45,742 nucleotides of DNA from a candidate division WOR-3 bacterium (GCA_039801225.1 JBDRUH010000010.1:1-45742), one strand, 5' to 3'. Positions 28,392 through 37,193 are shown, counted from the stretch's first letter. Notes: generated by a model from the letters alone, not told the origin. Program-made: numbers and translations.

Positions 28392-29329
28392 TTCTCTCCT
28401 TTCACTTGACTCATAAAGAAGTCCTCCAGCGTCTTAACCCGGGGAACAATTGCAGTAATACGGACATCAGCCTCGCGAGCGATGCTCATAACCCGCTCCA
28501 CCTCCTCCTCATTTCTAACTGTCAGCATTAAAAGCTCCCCGGATTGCAGCGCCCGTTGCGCCACCCTTTCCAGCGCCTTGCGAATCTTTCCTGAGGCACC
28601 TTTCAAAGTTACATCAATCGATTCCACCTCGGCGGTGAGAATTTCCTTAAGCCTCCCCATTTTTACCATTCTTCCCGCCACTATCAGACCTACCCGGTCA
28701 CAGATCATCTCCACATCAGCAAGAATATGAGTAGAAAAGAAAACCGTCTTGCCTTGCTCCCGAAGACCGACAATAATGTCCCGAAACTCCTTCCGGCCGA
28801 TAGGGTCAAGCCCTCCCATCGGTTCATCCAATATCACCAGTTTTGGGTCATGAATTAGTGCTTGGGCAATTCCGATCCGCTGGAGCATCCCCCGGGAAAA
28901 TCCTCGCATCTGCAGATTTGCCGCATCCTCCATCCGCACCATTTTTAAAACCTCTTTCACCCGGTGTTTTATATCTACTCGGGGCACGCCAGAAATCTGT
29001 GCCGCCATCACCAGAAACTCTTGAGCGGTCAGATATTCATAAAAATATGGCGACTCCGGTAAAAACCCTACCTTTCTTTTTACCTGAGGGTTGCGCGGTG
29101 GCTTTCCCAAAATATATGCATAACCTCGGCTCGGTTTTGTTAAACCAACTAAGATTTTTATCGCGGTTGTCTTGCCGGCACCGTTCGGTCCGAGAAATCC
29201 AAAAATCTCACCCTCCTCCACCTGCAGATTCAGGTCAACCAGCGCCTGGACCCTTTTCATCCTCAATCCGGTTCGGTAGGTTTTACTCAAGCGAACCGTT
29301 TCTATTATCGGATGGCTTGCTACAGACAT
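28388..29329 (-). CDS. ABC transporter ATP-binding protein (PilH-like)
   Basis: GPNGAGKTT; FSRGMLQR; LDEPMGGLDP. Confidence 0.92.
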   Translation of the reverse strand: MSVASHPIIETVRLSKTYRTGLRMKRVQALVDLNLQVEEGEIFGFLGPNGAGKTTAIKILVGLTKPSRGYAYILGKPPRNPQVKRKVGFLPESPYFYEYLTAQEFLVMAAQISGVPRVDIKHRVKEVLKMVRMEDAANLQMRGFSRGMLQRIGIAQALIHDPKLVILDEPMGGLDPIGRKEFRDIIVGLREQGKTVFFSTHILADVEMICDRVGLIVAGRMVKMGRLKEILTAEVESIDVTLKGASGKIRKALERVAQRALQSGELLMLTVRNEEEVERVMSIAREADVRITAIVPRVKTLEDFFMSQVKGEN

Positions 29330-29415
29330 AACCCCTCCATTATAAAGGCAAAAGTTCTTATGTCAATGCTTTGTATAAATCAAATCCCTGTGCGACATTT
29401 TGTTTTTTCCCGCAA

Positions 29416-29448
29416 GCACTCTGCCCGATTCGGGTAGAGTGCCCTACA
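29416..29448 (-). repeat. GTAG-type REP-like palindrome (variant stem)
   Basis: TGTAGG-GCACTCTACCCGA-A-TCGGGCAGAGTGC on the minus strand. Confidence 0.65.
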
Positions 29449-29508
29449 AAGGAAGAACTAAAAACTATGAAATAACCTAATGGAGAAAATTGCCTATTTT
29501 CGCTCGCT

Positions 29509-29736
29509 ATAACAAAAGGGGTAATTGGTGGGGTTAAGAGGAGAATAATTCCGATGGTGATTTGGCGGGTTTTTAACAGTATTATTAAGCCAGTTATGTC
29601 CGTAATCAAAACCGGAGCGACTTAAAATATTACTACCAAAATTATTTTGGAGATAGTCTAAAGAACTATGTGCAGGGCGATTTTGGTGATTACATAAATT
29701 ATAACTTAACAGGTAATCAAGGGGGCTACCTGGGGG
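29509..29736 (+). repeat. Non-coding array of 19 degenerate 12-bp units (RYNAY-N7)
   Basis: Every 12 nt from 29509 the units start ataac, gtaat, gttaa, ataat, gtgat, gtttt, attat, gttat, atcaa, gcgac, attac, attat, atagt, actat, gcgat, attac, ataac, gtaat, gctac. Confidence 0.85.
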
Positions 29737-29845
29737 CTGGGGTCTAAAATTCTAAACAATTACTATAATGCTTTTAAAATTAAGGAGATAGCCAATAAAA
29801 ACCCTTTTGTAATTTTTCTACCTATAGGTAGAATTTTTTGCGTGG
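29719..29845. repeat. Copy B of the palindrome / 21-bp box element (inverted relative to copy A)
   Basis: GGGGCTGGGGTCTAAAATTCT at 29733-29753; TTCTACCTATAGGTAGAA at 29816-29833. Confidence 0.9.
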
Positions 29846-29930
29846 CAAAATAGCCCAAATCGCAACCTTTTTCTCAAACCTCACTATTCCTAATCTCGCA
29901 TATCTATCTTAACTTTTCCATTTGCGAGGT

Positions 29931-30025
29931 GCCTGCCCCGAGCGAACACCCGAATCGGGCTCGGCAAAGCCTGCCCCGAGCGAAAGGATTCCTCCACTCG
30001 CCGTTGGCTCGGTCGGAATGACGGA
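29931..30025. repeat. Composite REP-like repeat
   Basis: 16-bp direct repeat GCCTGCCCCGAGCGAA (29931-29946 and 29969-29984), a CCCGAATCGGG hairpin and a GATTCCTC..CGGAATGAC motif. Confidence 0.6.
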
Positions 30026-30130
30026 GCCGAGGGGACCGTCTTTCCTCTATGTAATTCGTCAAGGAACACGGGGCACGGTTACGGACTGCCGTCTTCAGCC
30101 TTTCCACCCAGAACCGAGGTGGGTCGGAAT

Positions 30131-30163
30131 AAAAGAAAAAGGGGTGGTCTATTTGACCACCCC
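30131..30163 (-). terminator. Intrinsic terminator of the major pilin gene
   Basis: Minus strand GGGGTGGTC-AAATA-GACCACCCC-TTTTTCTTTT, 16 nt after the stop codon. Confidence 0.85.
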
Positions 30164-30179
30164 AAAACGGTATTGAGGT

Positions 30180-30815
30180 TTAGTTATGCAAAACGAAGAA
30201 AATCCACGACTCTTCGTCCTGTGGGTCGTCGGCAAGAGGAGTCAGGTCATACATCGGATAGGTAACATCACGACCGAAACCGTAAATCCCATACTCCTGT
30301 GGCGCCTCTAAGCCGAATGCTGGTAAGTAGGTGGCAATGCCAATACCGCCCGGATACTCAGGCGTTCCGCCAAAGTCTACATATGGACAATCATCATCAG
30401 CACCTCGGATCCGGGCATTTGCTCCTGGCTCAAGTTCGCCATAGAACGACTCGTAATCTAAGTCCATCTCATCTTTCTCGTCGTCGTTGTAACGCATACC
30501 GTCATAAGGGTTAACCGGAAAGTTCCCCGGTTTTGGTTCACCCTCTATGCCGATTGGGTCGCCACCCGGAAACCACAGGCAGATACCAGTTTCATCACCC
30601 GCTTCCCAAGAAAGGTCCTCAGTAGGATAATTGCCGTAATGGTCAACCGCATAAGCCTCAAGCGCTGTCTGAATCACATGCATATTGTTCTTTACTGAGG
30701 AACGACGCGCCCGCTCCTGGAAAAGGACGAAGTTGGGAATGATGAGTGCTAACAGGATACCGATAATCAGAATTACCACCAGTAACTCAATCAGGGTGAA
30801 GCCTCGATTCTTCAT
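30180..30815 (-). CDS. Probable major type IV pilin (PilA-like)
   Basis: MKNRG|FTLIELLVV; strong SD GAGGAGGTG; own promoter and terminator, so monocistronic. Confidence 0.88.
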   Translation of the reverse strand: MKNRGFTLIELLVVILIIGILLALIIPNFVLFQERARRSSVKNNMHVIQTALEAYAVDHYGNYPTEDLSWEAGDETGICLWFPGGDPIGIEGEPKPGNFPVNPYDGMRYNDDEKDEMDLDYESFYGELEPGANARIRGADDDCPYVDFGGTPEYPGGIGIATYLPAFGLEAPQEYGIYGFGRDVTYPMYDLTPLADDPQDEESWIFFVLHN

Positions 30816-30930
30816 ATCTTTTTACACCTCCTCTCTTTTTAGGAATATGAAGCGAAAAATGCCCACCTCTTCACCGCACCAAGTTGATGATATCAGAATG
30901 AAAAGGTTACGCATTTTCGCTTTCGGCAAA

Positions 30931-30958
30931 AGTGTAACAATTTTATTTCCGCTGTCAA
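30931..30958 (-). promoter_or_regulatory. Sigma70-type promoter of the major pilin
   Basis: TTGACA-N16-TACACT with an extended TG. Confidence 0.65.
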
Positions 30959-31162
30959 GAAAAATCTTTTAGTTTTTGGTTTTTAGTTTCAGGGGTAACA
31001 GACGGCGTCCCGAACCCCTGGAAGGAGAATGCGGAAGTCAGAATGTGGAATGCGGAAGTTATATCCTCTTTTCCGCCTTCCGCCTTCATCCCTCGTCCTC
31101 TTCTTATATTTGACTTATACCAATTCCCGAGTATTTTATACTTTATTAAAAAAGGAGTAAAA

Positions 31163-32353
31163 ATGAAGAAATTGTTGTTGTTAGTTTGGCTATTTACTAT
31201 TATCCAGTTATTTCTCGGCGGCTGTCCGAAACCCCAGCCTCATAAGGAAGGGGATATACTGTGGAGTTTCTCCTATTCTGACCCTGAAGACCCGGAGGAG
31301 TTAGCAAGTTTTACCAGTAGCATTTTTACCATTGACCCGAATGGGAAGGTTTATATCCCGGCAGCAGAGATTCCTGCCCTTCTTGCCCGGTATTCCACCG
31401 GCGGAAGACGATGGGAGTTTACCGACCCGGAGGAGGAGGAATTTGCTCTCGCAGCGGTAATGGGTGATGATGGAACAATATTCATCGGCACTGAAGGAGG
31501 AAAGTTTTACGCCCTCACCGACTCAGCAACTGTAAAGTGCTCTACCCGATTCACCTCGCCAGTTTGCGTCCCGCCTGCGCTCGGTGCTGACGGCACCATT
31601 TTTCTCCAAACCGATGACGATACCCTTTTTGCCCTTGACCCTAATACATTAAACCGAAAATGGGCATTTTATCGTGGCGGCGGTAACTATTCCCCGGTTA
31701 TTGGTAGCGATGGAACGGTCTTTACTGCTCAGGAAGAGAGCCTTTTTGCCCTTGACCCAAATTCCGGGCAGGTGAAGTGGGGCTTTGTTGTGCGACAACC
31801 AATACTGGCATCACCAGCGATAGATGGCAGCCGGGGTTTAGTGTATGTAGTTGACGATGACGGCTGGCTTACCGCGGTGAATTTGAACGACGGCAGTAAA
31901 GAGTGGGAGATGAAGGTTGGTGATGGACTTTCCAGCCCGGCAATTGATGGCAATGGCACAGTTTATATTACCGCTGTGGGGCGGCTGGTTGCGATTGACC
32001 CGGTTGAACAGGTGGAGAAATGGGAGTTCCTCATTCCTGGAGAATATCTTTTATCAATGCCCGCGGTTTCAAAAGAAGGGGTTGTTTACTTCCTCGCGGC
32101 GGCGGAAGATATGGTGGATTCCTTGTTCGCAATCAACGCCATTGACGGAACAAGACGGTGGGCAACGAGGTTAGGGATAAGCGAAACGATAGAGGAGTGG
32201 GTCTCCGCACCCAAAATTGGCGCTGACGGCTCAATTTATGTTGGGTCCGGGAAGCAGGCGTTTTGTGTCATGGGTAAAGGCGGTCCTGCCGCCTCCTCCT
32301 GGCCGATGTTTCAGGGTGACGCTCGGAATTCAGGTCGGGCCGGTTCTTATTAA
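31163..32353 (+). CDS. PQQ-like / BamB-like beta-propeller lipoprotein
   Basis: MKKLL..LFLGGC lipobox after SD AAGGAG; repeated SP.IG.DGT.Y..LFAL.P..G..KW blades; terminal WPMFQGDARNSG. Confidence 0.85.
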   Translation: MKKLLLLVWLFTIIQLFLGGCPKPQPHKEGDILWSFSYSDPEDPEELASFTSSIFTIDPNGKVYIPAAEIPALLARYSTGGRRWEFTDPEEEEFALAAVMGDDGTIFIGTEGGKFYALTDSATVKCSTRFTSPVCVPPALGADGTIFLQTDDDTLFALDPNTLNRKWAFYRGGGNYSPVIGSDGTVFTAQEESLFALDPNSGQVKWGFVVRQPILASPAIDGSRGLVYVVDDDGWLTAVNLNDGSKEWEMKVGDGLSSPAIDGNGTVYITAVGRLVAIDPVEQVEKWEFLIPGEYLLSMPAVSKEGVVYFLAAAEDMVDSLFAINAIDGTRRWATRLGISETIEEWVSAPKIGADGSIYVGSGKQAFCVMGKGGPAASSWPMFQGDARNSGRAGSY

Positions 32354-32373
32354 ATAGGACGGAGAGATAGGTT

Positions 32374-35349
32374 ATGTTTAAGCCGGTGCCTCCCCAGCCA
32401 AACCACTTGGAGATTGAAACCAGAATCAGACGGTTCTGGGAAGAAGGAAAACATTTTTATCGCCTGATGGAACGCAACCGCGGCGGACCTAAGTTCCGAT
32501 TCCTTGACGGACCAATAACCGCCAACGGGCCAATGGGCGTTCATCATGCCTGGGGAAGAACCTATAAGGACCTTTTCCAGCGCTATAAGGCGATGCTGGG
32601 GTTTGACCAGCGTTTCCAGAACGGTTTTGACTGTCAAGGGCTCTGGGTTGAGGTGGAGGTAGAAAAGGAGTTGGGATTCAAATCAAAGCGGGACATTGAA
32701 TCCTTCGGCATTGCCCGGTTTGTGGAAAAGTGTAAGGAAAGGGTGCGAAAATTTGCTCGCCTCCAGACCGAGCAGTCAATACTCATCGGGCAGTGGATGG
32801 ACTGGGAGAACTCCTATTATACAATGTCTGACGAGAACAACTACACCATCTGGTTTTTCTTGAAGAAGTGTCACGAGCGGGGGCTGATTTATGAAGGAAC
32901 TGATGTGATGCCCTGGTGCGCCCGATGCGGCACCGCCATCTCCGATATGGAAATTGCCACTGAAGGGTATCGAGAACTTGTCCACCCAGGGGTATTTCTC
33001 AAGTTTCCAATAAGAGGCAAGAAAAACGAATATCTTCTTGTCTGGACCACCACACCCTGGACCCTTACCGCCAACACCGCTGCCGCCGTCCATCCCGACC
33101 TCATCTATGTTCGGGCAAAAAGGAATGGCGCGGTTTATATCCTGGCTAAGGAACTCATTAGGGTGCTAGGTCCTGACACTGAAGTCATTGAGGAATTTCC
33201 CGGACGGCAGTTGAAGGACATTAAGTATGAAGGACCGTTTGATGAACTCCCGGCCCAAAAGGGAGTGGAGCACCGGGTTGTTCTTTGGAAGGATGTGAGT
33301 TCGGTAGAGGGCACAGGCATTGTTCATATTGCCCCTGGTTGTGGTAAAGAGGACTTCATTTTAGGAAAAGAGGAGGGACTGGCGGTCATCGCACCTCTTA
33401 ATGAGGATGGAACTTTTCGGGAAGGTTTTGGCTGGCTTACCGGCAAACCTGCCAAAGAGGTCCCAGAGGAAATATTTACTGTTTTAAAACAGAAGGGCTT
33501 TCTTTACCGGGTTGAGGATTACACTCATCGTTATCCGGTATGTTGGCGTTGCGGTGAGGAACTGGTCTTCCGACTGGTTGATGAGTGGTTTATTGCCATG
33601 GACCCGCTTCGGGAAGAAATTATGCAATCCGCCCGGAGTGTTCGTTGGATTCCCGAGTTTGGACTGGAAAGAGAACTGGACTGGCTAAAGAATATGGGTG
33701 ACTGGTGCATCTCCAAAAAAAGGTACTGGGGTTTGGCACTGCCAATCTACAAGTGCCGCTGTGGCTGGTTTGATGTAATCGGTTCACCAGAAGAGTTAAA
33801 GGCACGGGCAAAGGAGGGCTGGGAAAAGTTTGCCGGACATTCGCCGCACCGACCCTGGGTGGATGAGGTCAAAATCGCCTGCCCGAGATGCTCCGGTCTG
33901 GTCAGAAGGATTAAGGATGTCGGTAACCCCTGGCTTGACGCCGGCATTGTGCCATTTTCTACTACCAATTATTTGACCGACCGGAAATACTGGCAGGAGT
34001 GGTTTCCCTTTGATTTCATTACCGAATCTTTCCCCGGACAATTCCGAAACTGGTTTTATGCGATTTTGACGATGAGCACGGTTCTGGAGAAGTGTGCCCC
34101 GTTCCGGGTTGTGCTTGGCTACGCGACAATGAAAGCCGAGGACGGCAGAGAAATGCATAAATCCTGGGGTAATGCCATTGAAGTGGAGGAGGCGGTAGAA
34201 AAAATGGGGGCAGATGTGATGCGCTGGTTATTTATCCGCCACAATCCCACCCAGAATTTACTCTTCGGCTTCAAAGGAGGCGAAGAGGTAAAACGGCGTC
34301 TTTTAACCCTGTGGAATGTTTACAGTTTCTTTGTTACCTATGCCAACATTGATAAAATCAATCCCGCCAAGTTAAAGGTGCCGTTGAGCGATTTGAGTGT
34401 CTTGGACCGCTGGATTCTATCCCGTCTTAACTGGCTTGTCGGATTCTCCCGCAATCGGTTGGATGATTACGATTGCGCCCCGGTTGCCTTGGCGGTAGAG
34501 GAGTTTGTTGACGACCTTTCCAACTGGTTTGTTCGGCGCAGCCGGCGCCGTTTCTGGAAGTCGGCCAGCGACACCGATAAATTGTCCGCCTACCATACTC
34601 TCTACACCTGCCTAGTCACCTTAATAAAACTCGTTGCCCCGTTTATCCCCTTTATCACCGAAGAAATTTACCAGAACCTGGTGCGCAGTTCTGACCCGCA
34701 GGCGCCAGAGAGCATCTTTCTCTGTTTTTATCCCGAACCGGATTCCCAACTGATTGACCCCAGCATAGAGGAGGAGATGAAAAGGGTTCGGACCGTGGTA
34801 TCCTTAGGACACTCTGCCCGAGAAAAGGCACAGATTAAAGTGCGCCAGCCGCTACCAAAACTATTCATCCGCGCGACCGCCGGTCAACTGTTCACCGCCC
34901 GAGTTGACCTAATTGACCTCATCAAAGAGGAGCTGAATGTCCGCGAGGTGGTTCTTCTTAACCCGGATGAGCCCTTTCCTGCCGGTTGTGTCGTTCAGGA
35001 AAGTGAAGAGTTTGCCGTCGGGATTGATACCAATTTGACCCCAGAATTGGAGTATGAAGGTTTAGCCCGGGAGTTAATCCGTCATGTCCAGACTATGCGC
35101 AAGGCGGCGGGTTTGGCAGTAACCGACCGAATCATCCTCGCCTGCGAAACAACCCCCAGACTCCAGGCGGCAATCAATATGTTTCAGGACTTCATCCGTC
35201 AGGAAACACTATCAGTGGAAATCATTCCCCGAATCAGGTGTGCTGACCAAGAATCAACCGAACCATTATCGCCCGATATTGAAAAAGAGGTAAAAATCAA
35301 TAATGAGCCCTGTCGGCTCAAAATAAAAAGGAGGACCGATGGCAGATAA
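32374..35349 (+). CDS. ileS: Isoleucine--tRNA ligase (IleRS2-like)
   Basis: DGPITANG; GFDCQGL; WTTTPWTL; GTGIVH; DWCISKKRYWG; KMSKS-equivalent EMHKS; EGLARE C-terminal domain. Confidence 0.95.
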   Translation: MFKPVPPQPNHLEIETRIRRFWEEGKHFYRLMERNRGGPKFRFLDGPITANGPMGVHHAWGRTYKDLFQRYKAMLGFDQRFQNGFDCQGLWVEVEVEKELGFKSKRDIESFGIARFVEKCKERVRKFARLQTEQSILIGQWMDWENSYYTMSDENNYTIWFFLKKCHERGLIYEGTDVMPWCARCGTAISDMEIATEGYRELVHPGVFLKFPIRGKKNEYLLVWTTTPWTLTANTAAAVHPDLIYVRAKRNGAVYILAKELIRVLGPDTEVIEEFPGRQLKDIKYEGPFDELPAQKGVEHRVVLWKDVSSVEGTGIVHIAPGCGKEDFILGKEEGLAVIAPLNEDGTFREGFGWLTGKPAKEVPEEIFTVLKQKGFLYRVEDYTHRYPVCWRCGEELVFRLVDEWFIAMDPLREEIMQSARSVRWIPEFGLERELDWLKNMGDWCISKKRYWGLALPIYKCRCGWFDVIGSPEELKARAKEGWEKFAGHSPHRPWVDEVKIACPRCSGLVRRIKDVGNPWLDAGIVPFSTTNYLTDRKYWQEWFPFDFITESFPGQFRNWFYAILTMSTVLEKCAPFRVVLGYATMKAEDGREMHKSWGNAIEVEEAVEKMGADVMRWLFIRHNPTQNLLFGFKGGEEVKRRLLTLWNVYSFFVTYANIDKINPAKLKVPLSDLSVLDRWILSRLNWLVGFSRNRLDDYDCAPVALAVEEFVDDLSNWFVRRSRRRFWKSASDTDKLSAYHTLYTCLVTLIKLVAPFIPFITEEIYQNLVRSSDPQAPESIFLCFYPEPDSQLIDPSIEEEMKRVRTVVSLGHSAREKAQIKVRQPLPKLFIRATAGQLFTARVDLIDLIKEELNVREVVLLNPDEPFPAGCVVQESEEFAVGIDTNLTPELEYEGLARELIRHVQTMRKAAGLAVTDRIILACETTPRLQAAINMFQDFIRQETLSVEIIPRIRCADQESTEPLSPDIEKEVKINNEPCRLKIKRRTDGR

Positions 35350-35746
35350 TAATAAAGCGAAAAAAAAGCGACAGCCGCTGTTCAGCGAAAAGGAACTGCT
35401 CCAACTCCAAAAGAACCTACTTGAAGAAAAACAGCGTATCTTGCGACAGGGCAACTTCACCCGCGAGGTTATGGATATTCCGGCCAACTCCGGCGAACTT
35501 TCCGCCCATCGTACCCATATCGCCGACCAGGGAAGCGAAAACTTCCAGTGTGAATTCGCCTCCCAATTAAAGTCAATTGAGTTCCATGCCCTGCGCGAGA
35601 TTGACGAAGCCCTGGCTCGGATCGTCCAAGGCACTTACGGAATCTGCGAACAATGTGGCGAACCGATTCCTTATGCCCGGCTGGAAATGGTCCCTTATGC
35701 CCGGCTGTGTATGAAGTGCTCAAAACCACAAGAAGCGAAGCGATAA
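35339..35746 (+). CDS. DksA/TraR C4-type zinc finger protein
   Basis: HIADQGSE; IDEALARI..GTYGICEQCGEPI..RL..PYARLCMKC. Confidence 0.9.
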   Translation: MADNNKAKKKRQPLFSEKELLQLQKNLLEEKQRILRQGNFTREVMDIPANSGELSAHRTHIADQGSENFQCEFASQLKSIEFHALREIDEALARIVQGTYGICEQCGEPIPYARLEMVPYARLCMKCSKPQEAKR

Positions 35747-36435
35747 GCAAACCTGCCGCTGAAAGCCATTTACCTACACCACTGGGGCGCATCCTTACCT
35801 TCTTATTGTGCACCCCGGGGCTTTTTGCCATTAACCGCTATCAAGAAGTCGCCGCTTCATTAGCACTCATTCTCTACCTATATATTATTACCTTTCCCCG
35901 TTCCGTGCCAAAAACCGCCGAAGGTTTCAGGAATAATACCTCCCTCTCCTCACTAAGAACCTTTTTATGGCTGGCACCCTCCATTATCCTAGCCAATGCC
36001 CTTTTAGGACCGTCTCCCAAAATCATTTTCTTTAGTCTCACCGGCGCCTGGACAGGTTTTATCCTCTCTTACCGACTCATTTGGGCATCTTCTCTTGCAC
36101 TCCTTCTGATCAGCAGTTGCCCGCCAGAAGAGTTACTTTTCGCGTTACAAAGAACCCTTAAGCCCAGCCGCCTTTTCAAAAATTTGCCTGTCATTCTCAC
36201 CCTTACCCTGCAACTCATCCCTCATTTTACCGATATTCGGGTCCGAGACATCCATCACCTCCCCGAAGCGATTGACCAGAGATTAACTGCCGCCCAAAAG
36301 GATATAGAATCCAAAATCGTCCACCTTACCATCGCCTCAATTGATTCTTCCCCTCCTCCGCTAATAAAGCCCTATGATTTCCTCCTTTTAGGACCTGCTT
36401 TGGCATTCGCACTCTTTGTGATTCTTTGCCGATAA
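35653..36435 (+). CDS. Membrane protein, divergent EcfT/CbiQ-like (start uncertain, probably downstream of 35700)
   Basis: Multiple TM helices; PEELLFAL..L.P..LTLQLIP resembles EcfT; directly upstream of truA. Confidence 0.55.
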   Translation: MWRTDSLCPAGNGPLCPAVYEVLKTTRSEAISKPAAESHLPTPLGRILTFLLCTPGLFAINRYQEVAASLALILYLYIITFPRSVPKTAEGFRNNTSLSSLRTFLWLAPSIILANALLGPSPKIIFFSLTGAWTGFILSYRLIWASSLALLLISSCPPEELLFALQRTLKPSRLFKNLPVILTLTLQLIPHFTDIRVRDIHHLPEAIDQRLTAAQKDIESKIVHLTIASIDSSPPPLIKPYDFLLLGPALAFALFVILCR

Positions 36436-37193
36436 TGCGCAACATCCGACTCACGATAGAGTTTGATGGCACCAACTATGCTGGTTGGCAGATTCAACCC
36501 AACCGCCCTACCATTCAAGGAGAACTCCAAAGCGCCCTCAAGAAACTCTTTGGCCGAGATATCACTCTCTATGGCTGTGGCAGGACCGACGCCGGCGTTT
36601 CTGCCCGGAATTATACCGCCAACTTTTTAACCGACTCCAAACTACCGGTAGAAAAAATTCCCCTAGCGTTAAACTCCTATCTACCTGAGGAGATTGTGGT
36701 TAAAAAAGCCGAAGTCGCCCCGCTTGATTTCCACTCCCGCTACCAGGCAAAAAGCAAAACTTACATTTATTATATTATTATAGGTCGCTCACCGCTCCGG
36801 TGCCATCACGCCTGGGAATTACACCAACCGCTTGACATCAATCGGCTCAAGACTGCGGCAAACCTGTTTTTAGGTAAAAAAGATTTCAATCATTTCTGCC
36901 AAACCCGAGAAGGGAATGGTATCTGTCAAATAACTTCTATCCGGGTAAAAAAGAGTGGCGATGAAATCAAAATTGCTATTACCGGTGACCGCTTCCTTTA
37001 TAAAATGGTCCGTCGGATTGTCGGTGCGATGGTTGCCTATGCCTCTACTCGCCTAACTAAAATGGACATCCACGCCGCCCTTGCCGGCAAGAAACATCGT
37101 CCCTTCCAGACCGCGCCCGCCCCCGGGCTGATTCTGGAATCGGTGCGCTACAATCGCCGCTCATATATTAGGAATTCTGAGGCAGAACGCTAG
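36435..37193 (+). CDS. truA: tRNA pseudouridine(38-40) synthase
   Basis: FDGTNYAGWQIQ; GRTDAGVSA; FLYKMVR; TAPAPGL. Confidence 0.95.
   Translation: MRNIRLTIEFDGTNYAGWQIQPNRPTIQGELQSALKKLFGRDITLYGCGRTDAGVSARNYTANFLTDSKLPVEKIPLALNSYLPEEIVVKKAEVAPLDFHSRYQAKSKTYIYYIIIGRSPLRCHHAWELHQPLDINRLKTAANLFLGKKDFNHFCQTREGNGICQITSIRVKKSGDEIKIAITGDRFLYKMVRRIVGAMVAYASTRLTKMDIHAALAGKKHRPFQTAPAPGLILESVRYNRRSYIRNSEAER

Noticed and set aside
29358..29609. 83-aa minus-strand ORF with Ile every fourth residue
   Set aside because: It is a by-product of the 12-bp DNA periodicity: it covers only part of the array, the frame is stopped upstream, and it has a TTG start without SD.
29509..29736. CRISPR array interpretation of the periodic region
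   Set aside because: There is no 23-47-bp repeat with 25-45-bp spacers; the constant part is only about 5 degenerate nt per 12 bp, and no cas genes are in the window.
336..29833. A 29-kb transposon or genomic island bounded by the inverted element copies
   Set aside because: No transposase or integrase inside, no target duplication recognised, and the cargo is core housekeeping genes.
29904..30176. Short ORFs 29904-30107(-) and 29922-30176(+)
   Set aside because: They are translations of REP-like repeats and the pilin terminator, with no SD or recognisable motif.
31043..31162. N-terminal extension of the beta-propeller protein
   Set aside because: It consists of heptamer repeats and promoter sequence; the signal peptide begins at ATG31163 after SD AAGGAG.
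34147..34170. IleRS EMHKS instead of KMSKS as a sign of inactivation or novelty
   Set aside because: The rest of the enzyme is intact, and I recall such variants in other IleRS2-type proteins (not checked), so it is not distinctive enough.
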